DNA of 63,687 nt, the filler included, from Phoronis australis (lineage: Eukaryota; Animalia; Phoronida), in the NCBI GenBank assembly GCA_002633005.1. It is 8 parts of 8 records of this genome, joined end to end, with 100 filler letters (N's around TTAATTAATTAA, not from the genome) between each part and the next. Parts side by side here need not be neighbours in the genome. Positions count along the whole stretch, not along the records: positions 1 to 16,848 come from NMRA01001415.1; positions 16,949 to 21,341 come from NMRA01002602.1; positions 21,442 to 26,751 come from NMRA01000797.1; positions 26,852 to 42,985 come from NMRA01000001.1; 4 more parts are not named here. One strand, given 5' to 3'. The notes under the pieces were generated by a model, which was given only the letters and a program-made list of their open reading frames with translations, was not told where the DNA came from and made no database searches. Both the position numbers and the translations under genes were made by a program. The stretch's first letter is position 1. Each line of letters opens with the position of its first letter. Positions 14,661-28,505 of the stretch are shown in pieces.

Positions 14661-14911
14661 TATGTTACCCTCGCAAAATGACATATCAAATGATTTTGCT
14701 GTTCTCACAAACTTACATCGTCTTTTAATTTTTCATCTACCAAATTTATGTCATTTTGATAGAAAGATGTTTGCTTTGATTTTGATTTTGTTTTTGTTGC
14801 AGTTTCTTTTACATGATTTATAAGAAAAATGAAGGGAAAGTCTCCTTGACCATTTAATATCCAAATGTGTGCAATGTCATTCAAGTTTAACATAAAACGC
14901 GCCTGATTTGA

Positions 14912-15121
<210 letters not shown>

Positions 15122-15648
15122 TAACCAACTTTGCCCTAAATATACAAAACAGCTTCTGTTGCTTGGTATGGTTCACTATCTTGACATTTTCTAAAGTCAC
15201 TACCTACATTTTTTCTCTCCTATCATTAGTTTGGTAGAAGTGGCATAAGAAATTGCTTGCCTATGGCATTTGTGTCAGTTGTCATTACACTTGCATTACA
15301 CAGGCGACATATGATTGGTTGCTGAGATTCCTGTCTGGTGACATGGGCTCTCATCATATTATATCTGCTTTGTCAGGTGGTGGAATTTTAATTGATTTTG
15401 TAAACCAGTCTTGGGGGTATCTTGATGAGCTTCCAAATGAAATAATGTATGGTTTTGAACACAAAAAATATGATCTGAATATTTGCGCTATCTAAATTTT
15501 TTAATCTTCCTCATGTTTCTACTTTTCTTCACCATTGATGGTAGTCACGGATCTTGACTGCCTGAACATGTTGCTTCTTCACCATTGATGGTAGTCATGA
15601 ATATTGAATGCTTGAACATGTTGCTTCTTAAACTTGTCATCTAGTTTG

Positions 15649-15735
15649 TATACTGGTCTCTTTACAAAGTATACTGGTCTCTTTACAAAGTATACTGGTC
15701 TCTTTACAAAGTATACTTGTCTCGTTACAAAGTAT
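15649..15735. repeat. 21-bp tandem repeat TATACTGGTCTCTTTACAAAG, about 4 copies
   Basis: Read directly from the sequence. Confidence 0.9.
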
Positions 15736-15762
15736 TTCTCTTGAAGTTAAATGTTTTCTCAT

Positions 15763-16848
15763 AGACTCTATTCATGCGGCGGACATTAAAATCCAAAGCG
15801 AGGCTCACTGCGATAAACAAAGCGGAAATTTACATTACGTGAGTTAAATGGCCGGTCTTTGAAGTCCAACCTGAATATTAAATCTTAAAAAATGTGTCAA
15901 TAATTAACCACAGAGACATAGAAAAATACAGTTAAAGAACCAGTCAATGCACCAAAGAGTTGTCTGACGAAAGGATATAATTTTTTTCCAGAAAAGTACT
16001 AGATTCAAAACATGAAAAGTAAACATGACCAAATTGCGGCGATCGTAGTGTTACGGATTAGGTATCATGCTGAATGCTGGGTTACGTTTCTTCTAATAAA
16101 TTCTTGATAAAAATGCTTTCTTCACGAACCAGGTCATCTGGTTGTATTGTTGACGAGTTGAAGATATATTCGACAGTGGTGGCTCATAGCATTTTGCTGT
16201 CATGTGCAATTAGTCTCATCTGGTTTAATTTGTTAATCAAGAGTAGGCCTATTAGCTTCAAGCACAGCCTAGGTACTGGTGAGGTAGGCACTACCAGGAC
16301 TAATAGTTGATTTTGTCATTGATCTGAAATAATACTTGGTTATTATTTTGATTACGATAAAAAACTAGGCTCGTAATTGAAAATAAAAATTATATGACCA
16401 TCAATTCTGCTTTCTCGGTTTTAATAATTACGTCTATTTCATGTATTATATTTTTCAAATATCAATCTCGACCAAGTTGAATTTTAAAATTAAAACACCT
16501 AATTCTTTCGTTCAAAGCATAACCTCGTTTTAGAGCTCAATTTCAGTTAACTGGACAGAACACAGTGGCGGATTTAGAGGGGAGCCAAGGGGCTATGCCC
16601 CAGCCCCCCCCCTAAAATTCTCCCAGATTCCATTTGGCAGTTCAGGAGCGCGAATTTCTGACGGGCAAAATCCTGGCTAATACTCTGCCTTGCACCCCCC
16701 CCCCCTAACTCAAAGTCCTGGATCCCCCTGGAACAAGCATAGTTATCATGTTTCTTCAGAGGCCTCGTTCATATCCGAGGGGAAAGGTGCCTCGTGTGTG
16801 CGGCCTTCTGAGAGGGGAACGTTTCGCTGAGTGACGGGTCAGTGAAAA
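15763..16848 (-). mobile_element. Second, inverted copy of the ISL2EU-like family, truncated by the segment end
   Basis: AT|AGACTCTATTCATGCGGCGGACATTAAAATCCAAAGCGAGGCTCACTGCGATA matches the TIR at ~1997-2049. 16430-16830 is the reverse complement of ~1790-1995. Confidence 0.7.
16563..16730. mobile_element. hAT-like MITE (CAGTGGCGGAT...ATCCCCCTG) with 5-bp TSD GAACA
   Basis: GAACA at 16558-16562 and 16731-16735. The host-element copy near 1870-1885 lacks the insert. Related copies at 25861-26009 and 34938-35101. Confidence 0.8.
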
Positions 16849-16948
16849 NNNNNNNNNNNNNNNNNNNNNNNNNNNNNNNNNNNNNNNNNNNNTTAATTAA
16901 TTAANNNNNNNNNNNNNNNNNNNNNNNNNNNNNNNNNNNNNNNNNNNN
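16849..16948. other. Artificial contig spacer (44 N + TTAATTAATTAA + 44 N); identical spacers at 21342-21441, 26752-26851, 42986-43085, 56715-56814, 59307-59406, 62445-62544
   Basis: The same 100-bp structure occurs seven times; TTAATTAATTAA gives stops in all six frames. Confidence 0.97.
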
Positions 16949-17196
16949 AGAACTACGCATACCCAGGTGTGATTATTGAAGCCGGCGTGCCTCAGTCAGG
17001 TGTTCCGGGACTACCTGTTGCAGCGATGCCAATGCAATCCGGTATAGCAGACTCTACGATGATGCGTGCACAAACTTTTCAAGCACCAATTCAAGAAACG
17101 CAAATAAATCAACCTACCGTAACAGAATTTGACTCCAAAGAACGGAACGAGGTGGAAGGTGTCATTCCTCCGGGGCAGTACCTCGTGAAAACTTAA
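16949..17196 (+). CDS. Probable 3'-terminal coding exon of an unidentified protein (Pro/Gln-rich, ends ...PPGQYLVKT)
   Basis: Frame is open from the segment start to TAA and is followed by AT-rich sequence; no recognisable domain. Confidence 0.4.
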
Positions 17197-17390
17197 AAAA
17201 TAATTAATCAATCCGTCTCAAGTTCTTTGTTGTTCTTCTTCTTGTCTTTTAAGTGGAATGTCAACCCTCGCGGACGCTATATGAAAATGGCCAGGTCGTC
17301 ATTTGCGACTTGGCGGCCAACATATGTTAAGTCCAGGTTGCAAGCTCACAGATTCTAGATCGCAAAATCTGAAGTGAAAAATTGACGACG

Positions 17391-17540
17391 ATGGGCGGCA
17401 CAGCACTGGAAAAAGTGGGGGGCTAAAGCCCCTCAGCCCAGGCCCCTGTGGTGCACCGCCTATTATAGACCATGTGCGGCACGTAGCACTGAAAAAAGTG
17501 GGGCTATAGCCCCCCAGCCCCCTATGGTGCGCTGCCCATG
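17391..17540. mobile_element. GC-rich hAT-type MITE; inverted relative at ~20102-20272
   Basis: ATGGGCGGCAC...GCGCTGCCCATG termini. The internal CACTGAAAAAAGTGGGG motif is shared with the 20102 copy. Confidence 0.55.
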
Positions 17541-20500
17541 CGTCGGTTTGTTTTTGTCAGGGGTTGCGTGAAATTTGCGATTGCACCCCCTTGCGTCATC
17601 CTAGGTCCTCGCGATGTTGTGCTCTTAGTATATCTGTGGCTTTTAAAAAAAGATCCGTTAGACATTTTTTTTCTTCTCGGCTGCTAGTTTCACGCAAATG
17701 CACAAGCGGCGCCATTGCCTGCAGCGTTAGTCAGCGGTACGCATTTATCCCTTTTCAGACGAAGCAGTGGTTGATCTTGCATAAGCCTCCTCAATGTTGA
17801 GCTATTTCCTGCATTTCCAAAACAACCTGTGGGCACGTTGCATTGAACATGTCTGCCCCGACTCGGCTCTTTGATCACTGTGCTTGTCGCGGTACCCGCC
17901 TTGGCAGTCGTGTCCCTGCATGTGTGGGTGTTCGATTGCCTTGGTACGCATGTGACTATCGGCGCGGGCGCTGGCTTGCGGCTTCCACTAGCTATACTAG
18001 TGGAAGACGGGGAGCGCGGCCTCCGTACTCATGGCTGGCCAGATAGAATACGGAGAGNTAAGCCTCCTCAATGTTGAGCTATTTCCTGCATTTCCAAAAC
18101 AACCTGTGGGCACGTTGCATTGAACATGTCTGCCCCGACTCGGCTCTTTGATCACTGTGCTTGTCGCGGTACCCGCCTTGGCAGTCGTGTCCCTGCATGT
18201 GTGGGTGTTCGATTGCCTTGGTACGCATGTGACTATCGGCGCGGGCGCTGGCTTGCGGCTTCCACTAGCTATACTAGTGGAAGACGGGGAGCGCGGCCTC
18301 CGTACTCATGGCTGGCCAGATAGAATACGGAGAGCTCAGGTACGTCACGATGCAGTCAAATATAGGCCTACCCCGGGTTAGCAGAAGACGGACGGTTTGC
18401 GCCAGCGCTTGTCAGCGCAGGTGGTGCAGGTGCAAACTCGGCTTTCGATAGGAAGTTGCCGGCGGGTTTCTGTCGCGAAACGAAATGTGTCGATTATATC
18501 GACAATAACAGACACATTTTAAAATGCGCGTTTTCACTTTACCCGTCCCTATATCGTGCCCGACTGTTGGGTTTTGCAGCCGTGGAAATCAAGGAGCTTG
18601 TATCAATTTCTCGGCCTCTTATGTAAGTGCTCGTGCGGTAAGGCCAAGGGGCTACGATAGCCTACCCAGCCTCAGTGTGTACAATAATTAAATAGCTGAG
18701 TATTTCCACACCAAGTGTGTCCGCTATACGTGTGACACTGGGGTTTATATCCGGCCTTGTGATGGTTCTAAGTTTGTAAAGTTCGTACCACATGACGGCG
18801 TCAAGTTAACTTCCCAATCAGTGACTTTACCACACGTATAGAGGGTTGTGAGCGTGTGATAACAGAGTAATTAAAATATTGCAATGTGGAGAGCAGTTTT
18901 AACTTGGTACAATAAATGTTAAATATTACAAAAAAAGACTAAAAAGTTAATTTGCGTTGATCTTGACAAAGTGCCACTTCTCAAAAGAACGTTGGTTTAA
19001 ATATGTTTCATACCTGTTTTAATTACTTTATTTTAATTCTCATGTCTACTTATTTTTTCTTACCATGCCTGAATTTTCCATATTACAGCTACGCCAAACA
19101 TGTCACAGCAAACAAAACTACACGTGCCGTTAGTTCAAGTTCAATCTTTATTAGAACTCAAGTCATAAAATATATACAAAAGTGCAACTGAATATGGTGA
19201 TAGCTAAACTGAAGATTTGGAACCTCTGGATAATTTTGGTTGCTGTAGGGCCTAACTTCACATAACTATTCTAGGTTTTCCTTAGACGTAAAAATATATC
19301 ACAGCTCTTGCTCACCGACCAACCTCATCCACTGCTTGCACTCTCTCGTTGACGACAAAGCTCTGAGCCATCTTAGTTGTCTTCACAGGTGTTCCATAAC
19401 AACTACAAGCTAACTGTCGACTGAAATTGGCGCATTTCCGCAAATAGCAGTTCTCCGGTTAGTTTACTGTTAAATAGTTAGGAATGCTATGGGCCATAAG
19501 CGATATTTTAAAAGTTTTTGACATCTAATTTAGTCACTGTGTGTTGTTTATTGATGTTTTAATGTATAGCGTAGTTGTATATTAAAAGAATAATTCACGT
19601 AATATCACTAACTCTGATCAGCGTTCGTAAATCACCGTTCGTAAATCACCGAGTATATCAATAAGCACAGGGCGTTTATCTTCAATCGTACCCCATGTTT
19701 GTAGTTTTTAGCTAATAGTTGATCGATTTTTAAAAATCGAAAACCAAACTTGGTTGTTTTTTCCTGAATACAGCTGTGGTATTTGTTTTTAACGAAAACT
19801 GTTGGTTAATGCCGCATTTTAAAAATTCGCCAGTATGTACAGGTAGAGATGTTTCATACAGTTTAGGGTCGGGTAATTACACTTAATTGGGTCTTCAGGT
19901 GCTCGCACCAGACAGGTGGTCATCGCACTGAGTCCGACTCTGGCGCCGCGCTCTCTTTGATCCCGGTAAAAGCCGCTCAGAAGGACGAGCGGTGAAAAGT
20001 CACGCATCTCTTTAGAACTGATTGACTTTCGTGTAAGCATATTATTCACGGCATGCACTGCAGGCTATAGCGATACGATCTTATTGGACTTGGAGCAATT
20101 GCATGGGCGGCGCACCCCGGGGGGCTGGGACTGATCCGGGGGACTATAGCCTCCCACTTTTTTTCAGTGCTACGCCGCACATGGTCTATAGGCGGTGCAC
20201 CACAGGAGGGCTGAGGGGGTTTTAGCCCCCCACTATACGCCGCCCGGTTCAGGTTCAGTGCTGCGCCGCCCGGCATTATCGCACAATTTGAAAGAGAGCT
20301 GGCCCTCCAAACAGTGTCAGAATGGTGTTAATCAGTCGTGTAAGATATTGGATACAGGAATCATCTTCCCAACTTGTTGTTGGACAATATATATAATCGA
20401 ATAAGTTGGGATCAACGGGAAAGAGCCGTAAATGGCGCACTACTGGGAGGCGCCATTTCATACATCACGGTTGAGCGATAGGTGGCACCAGTGTATGCTA

Positions 20501-21441
20501 CTTAAAAACCAAGATGGCTGCGCCCTTGAGCAACTAGATGTAAAAGTTTTTTGACACACCTGCACTGCACTATGGTGAGTTCTAAATTTGGTTTCAAAAT
20601 AGTTATTTATCTCGTCACCCTACACAACTTCCCTTGAAAAGGCGATATGATGAGATTTAAATTGCCAAAGTCTCATCTGGCGTTTGCTTCACACGAAAAA
20701 TCCGCTTGTCCACGGTGCCACTGTCATGACCACAGGCGTCCTCAGCTTCTGATCGTCCCCAATACACTACATATAATACTACAAGGTAGGACACTCCCGA
20801 CTAGAAATTCCACGGGTGCTTCACTTCAGCCGTCCATAGCAAACATAAAACTCAATAAATTTACACAAAAAAGGGTTCAACAAACCATAAAGAATTGTTC
20901 TTTCTCCCAATACCATTCACGGTGTCCTGTTACGGCGACTTCGTAAGAAATTCGCAGTCAAAGAACAAAAATGTTCACAAAAAGCCCCCACACACGTTCT
21001 CCCTAGGCCCGTCGAGGTCAAGGACGGTACGAAAATTGCCGCTTTGTGGCGTAAAGTCACGATGTCGCTACTTCCGTAACTCACCAGTAACACAGTGTAA
21101 AAATGACCAGGCAACTACAGAGCAAAGGACTTCTAAAAAAGAGCTTGATTACAGGAGTATTTGCTCGAGTTGGAAGGAATTAAAGACGTCATGGACGACC
21201 CTTTTTGACCCCACCACTAGTAAATGATGCCCAAATTGACCACCACCGTCACTTTACCCACCAGGGAAAACTTCACCGCCATGCTATGAACATTCCCACT
21301 AAATAAAATTGGTTCTAACCCCGGTGTTTAAGGTAAACGGCNNNNNNNNNNNNNNNNNNNNNNNNNNNNNNNNNNNNNNNNNNNNTTAATTAATTAANNN
21401 NNNNNNNNNNNNNNNNNNNNNNNNNNNNNNNNNNNNNNNNN

Positions 21442-21833
21442 CCTAAAGTTTGCGAACATGAGAAGAAAAGAAAGTGACAAAGTGTTCAAGTATTACATTT
21501 TGAAGTTAATCGATGACCCGTTACAATAATTTGTTACTGGTATCATAATTCACATTGCTAAACCGCGGTCTCTGAGGCCGTCGTTGCACTCAATGTTATC
21601 ATCGATCTTAATCTAAAAGGTCGGGGATTCGCGTTTCCTATTAGCACAGGGCGGTAATCACCAATCGTCAAAAGTAGGGGATGGGCGGTTAACCGAGCAG
21701 TGGGCGGTTAATTGGAAATCTTCAAAAATAGCAGGGGGGCGGTTAACCGAGCAGTGGGCGGTTAAATCGAAATTCACCTAAAGTAGGGGGTGGGCGGTTA
21801 ACTGAGCATGGGCGTTAACCCGAACGATTACGG
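21442..21833. mobile_element. Right end of a pogo/mariner-like DNA transposon inserted into the LINE
   Basis: Subterminal repeats GGGCGGTTAACCGAG and terminal ...GATTACGG|TA directly abutting the LINE endonuclease sequence. Confidence 0.6.
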
Positions 21834-21835
21834 TA

Positions 21836-24800
21836 ATAACCCAAAGTCAAGGATTAAGTTGATGGAGATTTGTACAGAATTGTCTATTGTTGATGTGTGG
21901 CGGGAACTAAACCCCAGTAGTAAAGAATATACTTGGAGAGCTGGATGTAAACGATCCAGACTAGATTTTTTTCTAATTTCTGAAAACCTTTTAGCTGATA
22001 TTGACGGCTCCATAATAGAATTCGGTTACCGTTCCGATCATTTAATGGTAACGTTTTTTTTTAAAAGTGATGTTTCCAGGAGGAGAAAATCATTTTGGAA
22101 GTTTAATAATTCTCTTCTAAAAAAACTCTGAGTATATTGCTGCAGTCAAGAATACTAACAAAATTAGTTAAACAACAGTATATGACTGACGACATTCAGA
22201 CTGTTGATAGTACAAGTAATTCAGATTTACAATTGTCTATAAATGATCAAGTTTTTCTTGAAACGTTGTTGATGGAGATTCGCGGCAAAACAATTTCCTT
22301 TGCTACTTACTTAAAAAGAAAAAGTGCTAGAGTTTAACAGCAACTTATCAAAGAAATAAGCTTATTGGAAAAAAGTCTAAGCCTTGACAGGGAATTACTG
22401 GAACAAAAAAATAATTTACTTGCCGAGCTAAGGCAAAATAAGTTAAGAGGTCTTATGACTAGGTAGAGAGCAAGATGGATTGAAGAAGGTAAAAAGCCTT
22501 CCAAATATTTTCTTCACTTGGAAAATAGGCATTACACAAGTAAGTTTATGCCTTTTTGTGGAAATCTGACAATACTAAAACCAATAGTGAAGAAGTTATT
22601 CAGGAAACCAAAACTTTTTATGAAAATCTATACAAATATAGACAGACTAACAATACTTCTTTAAAAACTCTTCTTGGTAATATTTGTGTCTCCAAGCTGA
22701 ATGAGACAGAAAAAGGAAAATTAGAAGGTCTTCTTACATATGAAGAAGTCACACAATGCTTGAAAAAAATGAAAAACAACAAAAGCCCAGGCTCTGATGG
22801 TTTTTCAGTGGAATTTTTGAAATTTTTTGGGCTGACATTGGACATTTCGTTGTTCGCTCACTTAGCACAGGTTTTGCTGTTGGCCAGTTATCCTCAACAC
22901 AGAAAGAGGGAGTGTTCACCTGCATCCCTAAGGGAGCAGATAAAAGTAAACATTATTTAAAAAACTGGAGACCCATATCCTTGCTCAATGTGACATATAA
23001 ATTGGCTTCTTCGGCAGTAGCTGAACGGTTAAAGTCCGTTTTGGGAAAAGTAATCAGTAAGAACCAGACAGGTTTCGTTTCTGGAAGAAATATGAACGAA
23101 AATATCAGCGTGCTATATGATTTAATGTTTTATGCCCAGGCAGCTAACAAACCTGGATTGCTTTTACTGATTGATTTTGAGAAAGCATTTGATTCATTGT
23201 CGTGGAATTTTATTCAAAAAACTTTATCGTTCCTTAATTTTGGTTGGTCGATCAGAAGGTGGGTGAAAGTCTTTTACAGTAATATTAAGTCCTGTGTTGT
23301 CGTAAATGGTCACCCATTTTCTTGGTTCAATATTTCGCTTGGCTGCAGACAAGGTGACCCATTGTCTCCCTACATTTTTATATTGTGTGTGGAGATTTTG
23401 GCGTATTTAGTCAAGAATAATAAAAATATTGCTGGTGTAGTTGCTGGGAATAAGGAATATTTGATTTCGCAATATGCAGACGACACATCATTTGCGTTGG
23501 ATGGGTCGAATATGTCATTGACTACCACACTGGATATACTACATTTGTTTGCTAGTGTCTCCAGTCTCCAAGTGAATGTGGATAAAACAAAAGCCATATG
23601 GTTTGGAAGTAAAACTGGTAGTGATGACGTGATTCCTACAAAAGAAATTTTGTCTTGGACAAAAAAATGGGGGTGGATTTTGACACTCAATTGGATAGTA
23701 TGACGCATAAGAACTTCACTGCAAGAATAAATGAGATCAAGTCTTTACTAAAAAGTTGGAGTCGACGAAATTTAATGCCGTTTGGTAGAGTAACGGTAAT
23801 TAAAACATTAGCTATTTCTAAACTTAATTTTTTGTTGTCAAGTTTACCAAATCCACCAGTGAAAGTCTTGGGTGAATTGAATACGACTTTTTTTAGATTT
23901 GTATGGCAGGCTCGTAATGATGAAGTTAAACGAACTACGGCCAGTTTAGGACTTGATCAAGGAGGATTTCAAATGGTTAATATGTATGCTTTCAGCAAAG
24001 CTTTAAAACTCGCCATGGCCCGTAGATATCTGGAAAGCCCTGAGTCTAAAAGTGGTGAATGACTGTACTCACTGTATCCGTTCTTAAAGAATTTTGCTTC
24101 ATTTGGAGATGAATTTATTAAGTCGAAGTTAACTCAAGATGGTAATTCCTACTGGTGCCACGTAATTGGAAGTATGACGCCTTTCTACAAGAAAATAATT
24201 GTTGCGAGTAAAAAGGACTTTTGAACCAACCTTTGTGGTTTAATATATAACTTGGCGATCGGAGGCACAGGTGTTTTTTATAAGCCTTGGTTTGTAAACG
24301 GCTTAAGATTTATTAGAGATATGTATACCTCTGATGGTGATTTTGTTAGTCTAAACAATATGAAAAATAAGTTCGACGTGAAAACCAACTTTGTAGAATA
24401 TAATGGTGTTGTTTCTGTTCTAAGAAGGTTTCAAAAAAGTCTATTTCAAAGTAAATTTAAAAGTGTTAATGTCTACTCTCCTTGCATGCCTTTAGCAATT
24501 ACTCAATTTACGGTAAGATTTGAAGGCTTGTAGACATATTTGTTCAGTCTTTAATAACGTTAAGAAACCTAAGTCAGAGTGCAAATGGGAAATAGAGCTA
24601 GGAGATAGTTTAGATTGGAAGAAAATATATGCTTTACCTTACAAAATTACATGGATCCCCATATTAGATGGTTCCAATTTGGAATACTACATAGAATTAT
24701 TGCAACAAATACCTTTTTAGTCAAAATATGTGTTAGGGATTCTGATCTATGTTCCTTTTGTAATAAAGCTCCAGAGACGCTGTCACACCTTTTTTAGGAA

Positions 24801-25196
24801 TGTAGCTTTGTACAAGATTTCTGGAAGGAATTCGGAAAGCTACTTCAAAAGTGTGGCATTCAGCTCCCCAACTGTCTGTCTTACGATATTGTTATTCTTG
24901 GACTTTACAAGACGCATGATTTTCTTTTTAACATTTTGCTTCTACTAGCTAAACAGTACATTTACAAGGAGAGATGTCACAAAAATATACCTAATTTTCT
25001 CANNNNNNNNNNNNNNNNNTCTGCAAAATGGGAAAAATTTATTGTTCATGTTAAGTTCATGTAGAAGATATTTACTTTAAACGAGATATGAGAATAGTCT
25101 TCCTGAGGTGTGCATGCGTGAATGAATGGTGTACTTATTTGTTTGTTTGTTTTTGTAATTGTTTGTAAAGGATAATAAATACATAACAAAAAAAAA
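21836..25196 (+). mobile_element. L1/Tx1-clade LINE, ORF2 relic (APE C-terminus, RT, C-terminal CCHC) with frameshifts and stops
   Basis: Motifs SRLDFFLIS, SDH, WKFNNSLL, KSPGSDGF, NWRPISLLN, IDFEKAFDS, GCRQGDPLSP, QYADD and CSFC...HLF*EC. AATAAA at 25174-25179 and A-tail at 25188-25196. Confidence 0.92.
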
Positions 25197-25860
25197 GTCT
25201 TTGTCAACTAGTAGACGTGTATGTTTTCCGAAAGAAAAAGATTAGGGTTATAAAAATACATTTCATATTTATGTGCCAGTATTATTATTATTATATTACT
25301 ACTTTTTAAGTCAAATTTTCATTTTTAAGAAAGGTACATTACTAGCAAAATAAAGCCTAGTTGATTTTAATGAAACCATGTAAGTGATGCCGAAGGTGAT
25401 TTAGGCACTTGAAACTCCCTGGTTTCGACATTCTCACACGCAAACGTCTACGTGTCTGGAGCTTAATACTTTCCATATAATGAAATTGGTTACAAAAACG
25501 ATTGCATCAAATGAAGCCAATGGAGGTCTTCCTATGCGCACTTCCCTATCCTCCGACTTAGTTCCTGGCTTACGAGACCTGCGCACTAATTTACAAGACT
25601 CATTAGAAACACTAAGAGATTTTAAGTAATGAACTCCTCAGGAGATCTACACGCGTGCGCAAAATCTTACGCAAGCCAAGGAATCGGATTAATACGATTC
25701 CTATAATCGATAGTTTCACACAATATGCTTTAAAGATTCTCATTAGATTAATTAGTTGTGCCCAGTGTGCAAGCAAAATTTCGTACGTGAGGGTAGGCCG
25801 AGAGCGGAGTCTCTCACTCGGAATTAGACAACTGCCTGTATGTGCTGAAAGCGGCTTCAC

Positions 25861-26009
25861 CAGTGGCGGATTTAGAGGGGCGCCAAGGGGACCATGGCCC
25901 TCGGTAAAATTATTCCAGATTCCATTTGGCAGTCACGGGGGTGCGAATTTCTGACGGGCAAAATCCTGGCTAATACTCTGCCCTGCCCCCTCCCTCCCTA
26001 ACTCAAAAT
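25861..26009. mobile_element. Truncated copy of the CAGTGGCGGA hAT-like MITE
   Basis: Interior nearly identical to 16563-16730. Confidence 0.7.
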
Positions 26010-28415
26010 AGAATATTTGTTTATTGGTGGTTTAAATATCATTTGTGACAATAAAGCGCGTTGATGTCGTGCATCCATGCTACTAACAGACAACTGTGCT
26101 GTCAATATACATGTAAGAAACGTCGGAAGCAAATTTCTAATAATGTTACTTCTTCGTGAACATTTGCCAAACTCCCCAGTACAGTGAAAGAGGTTGAAGT
26201 TACATTCCTTTGTAATTTGTGTCGCTTTCCAATACAGTTCTAGTTTGGTTGTCGAAACATAACTGCTATTTAATTAAGAGCTGTTCCATGTAATATTCCC
26301 TTATTCGAGATGGAATGGATATTCCCGCCAAGTCAATCAACGTAATTGTTCCATCCAATCAGGGCGACGGAAAATATATGCACTACAAATGCACTCTAGT
26401 TTGTTCTTCAAAGATTTTGCAAAAGTAGATAAAGAAGTCTTTTCTTCGGTGGGCTGGGGACACTGTGTAAATTAGTGATTTGCGGAGAACACGGAAAAGT
26501 CCTTGCGGTATTTAAAAGCGTGTGGTAAACCTCACGATCAGGTGAAATTAGGCCTGGAAATTGCGCCAGAAGAAACAAGCCCTATGACTGAATTCACCTT
26601 CAGGTGCTGCAAATATTTCCCTTGATTTGCAAATGTGTGATATGAATGTGGCTAACAAACAAATGTGTGGCACACATGTGATTGCCAGCACGTGACTTAC
26701 AGGTAAGTGACATCGACGACAAAACACATAGGCGGATTTAGGGGGGGGGGGNNNNNNNNNNNNNNNNNNNNNNNNNNNNNNNNNNNNNNNNNNNNTTAAT
26801 TAATTAANNNNNNNNNNNNNNNNNNNNNNNNNNNNNNNNNNNNNNNNNNNNATGGGGTTTTAAACATGGAATGTCGGACACAAAGATTTCTTTTCCACAC
26901 AAATTCGCCACTCATCAGGACATACACTGTCTGGTTCATGAACTCTCGTGACCTGTGGCTACAGTCAGCAGCAGCAGAATGTAGGTCAAGGTTCTTGGTT
27001 AAGATTCTCTGGCAGACAGTCTTACTTGAGCGATAAAATGGCACGTGATTGATGAAAAGCGCCATCTGTTAGCCGTAAAGGTTTTGGATGAGCGGGTACC
27101 TTTTGCCTCAGAGAGAAGGGTCAAATACTGTTCAAGAATCGCTTTTGGCAAGAAAGGCGAAAAGAATATAAAGAAAGGGTGTCGAAAATAAGATTTTATG
27201 TAGTAAGTATTTTCGGATACTGGAACCACAAGGGCAGTTTGAGAGAAGGACTTTTAAGTAATAAACTACATGTAAATATTCCCTCACGTTTTGCTGCTGT
27301 ATATACATTCGTGGCTGCCAAAGTCCGCCTATGATAGCCTACGCGAATTACGTATATCTTACTACAAAACACCGATCTCCAGGATAAACTTTGTCTAATT
27401 TGGGGGACCCTTCCCTACTGACACGACCAAAAAGTCGCCCACTGGTATATGCCCTTTTCATGCCGTTATCTAAACCGTTTTGCTGCTCCATTTCGCAACC
27501 ATCCATTCTGGCTGGCATGCAGTGTGTTACGGTATCTTGTCAACGGCCAATGATACTTTTGGATACTTATGTCAAGCACGCGCGCAAATTGAACGTTCAG
27601 CATTAATTCAGTTATGTAGCCGGACGGGCGACAATTCACCGCTCTGGCCGTTTCATTTTGAACGTCGGTCTCTGCCTGATATTGGGAATACTCTTTATGC
27701 TTGGTCGTCTCGACATGACAAGTTTCCACGAGTCAGGAGATCAAACTTGACTGACAACATGTAAGTTTATCTTACTTGGCGAAGTGGTAAACGCAGAGTC
27801 CATTTGAAAAGCGAACATCTACTTAAAATTAAAATAGAACAACGAACGTCTAATCAAAATGTGCCTGTGGTCATCTCGTTATTAACTGGCTGCCGTTTTT
27901 TTGTTGTTGTTGTTTTTGGTCCCCGATTCAGTTTGCCGTATAAAAGGTCCACATACTGGAATATTCGAGCCCCCCATATTTTAGGCTGGGTGCGCGCATG
28001 TGAAGGTAGACATAAGGAATTGGCATTTACTGGAGTGGTAAGGGTTTGTGGTGGATGAGGGATGGTGTTTTGCAAGACGGTCGTCTTCAGATGCGACAAG
28101 TGCGGATGTTTTTTTTTTCATTTTTCTCCTACGGTTTTGCTCTAGGTTTCGTTGTAACATGTCTTAACACCCTAATAACCATTGAAATCACTAATGACTG
28201 GGTCGTAGGATTTTTTGTCTGTGATATTCACTCGTTAAAACCTGATGAAAAAACCAAACAAAATTACGACGTTGATAGTTCATCTCGATAACCATGGTTG
28301 TTACCTGAAGATATAGTGCACGGGCGGCGGCCGGGGGGAGGGGTTGTCAAAACCATCAATTTTTCGTTTGTAGTTTTCAAGTAAAGCAAACTATTTGATG
28401 AACGTTTCACTGTTA

Positions 28416-28439
28416 TGACGTCATAGTACATTTACGTCA
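28416..28439. promoter_or_regulatory. Tandem CRE/ATF-type sites (TGACGTCA 28416-28423; TTACGTCA 28432-28439), 65-90 bp upstream of the ATG
   Basis: A perfect palindromic CRE plus a variant site next to the predicted first coding exon. Confidence 0.4.
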
Positions 28440-28505
28440 CATATTGTTTCGTAAGAGCGCTATAGCAAAGTTACTCGCATTGCGGTATACGTTCATAGTG
28501 CCAAA

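Noticed and set aside
17843-18381. Duplicated short ORFs as a tandem gene pair
   Set aside because: The duplication is split by a single n (likely artefact) and no frame gives a convincing ATG-to-donor exon. It may be a non-coding first exon (donor near 18340).
19845-19905. CTGAAGA...GAAA hammerhead candidates here and near 8679, 26912 and 32851
   Set aside because: The required stems do not form around the core boxes.
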